From: a bacterium
GTDB lineage: Bacteria > Muiribacteriota > UBA6191
Assembly: GCA_036339875.1 (NCBI GenBank)
Contig: JAYZAC010000149.1
Span: 1-16,581 of the forward strand
Direction of reading: 5' to 3'
DNA: 16,581 nt
Within the stretch, counting starts at the first letter, position 1, and each line of letters begins with the position of its first letter. Shown in pieces: positions 16,580 through 16,581 of this stretch. Below the pieces are notes generated by a model. The model searched no databases. It was not told the origin of the DNA and saw only the letters and a program-made list of their open reading frames with translations. The position numbers and the translations under genes are program-made.

Positions 16580-16581
16580 TC

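Noticed and set aside
13298..16581. Recurring CCACCCCA-like words at about 140-150 nt spacing as a CRISPR or DNA repeat array
   Set aside because: They are the reverse complement of Trp-Gly-Gly codons in Kelch repeats, and the flanking nucleotides are not conserved.
13298..16581. Galactose oxidase, NanM or sialidase assignment for the propeller protein
   Set aside because: No catalytic signature is recognisable, and the single Asp-box lies in the Ig-like spacer rather than in propeller blades.

Overview
Gene-dense, AT-rich bacterial chromosomal window. I found no RNA genes, mobile elements or CRISPR arrays. Left to right: a 5'-truncated comM/yifB AAA+ ATPase and a small unassigned ORF (+). 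Next is a minus-strand, tightly coupled trio of a thiopurine S-methyltransferase (tpm) and two paralogous exported proteins. Each paralog has Sel1-like repeats and ends in a conserved TPR domain that by eye resembles eukaryotic RMDN1-3/PTPIP51. Divergent from these is an RND adaptor and permease pair with no outer-membrane factor in the window. Last is a convergent minus-strand unit: a very large, 5'-truncated Kelch protein (at least 20 blades around an Ig-like spacer), a degenerate 2H-phosphoesterase-like protein and a Cys-motif Lgt variant. The best candidates for undescribed biology are the tandem Sel1/RMDN-like proteins with their tpm/RND context, and the Kelch/2H-like/lgt unit. All family assignments come from motif recognition by eye; no searches were run.
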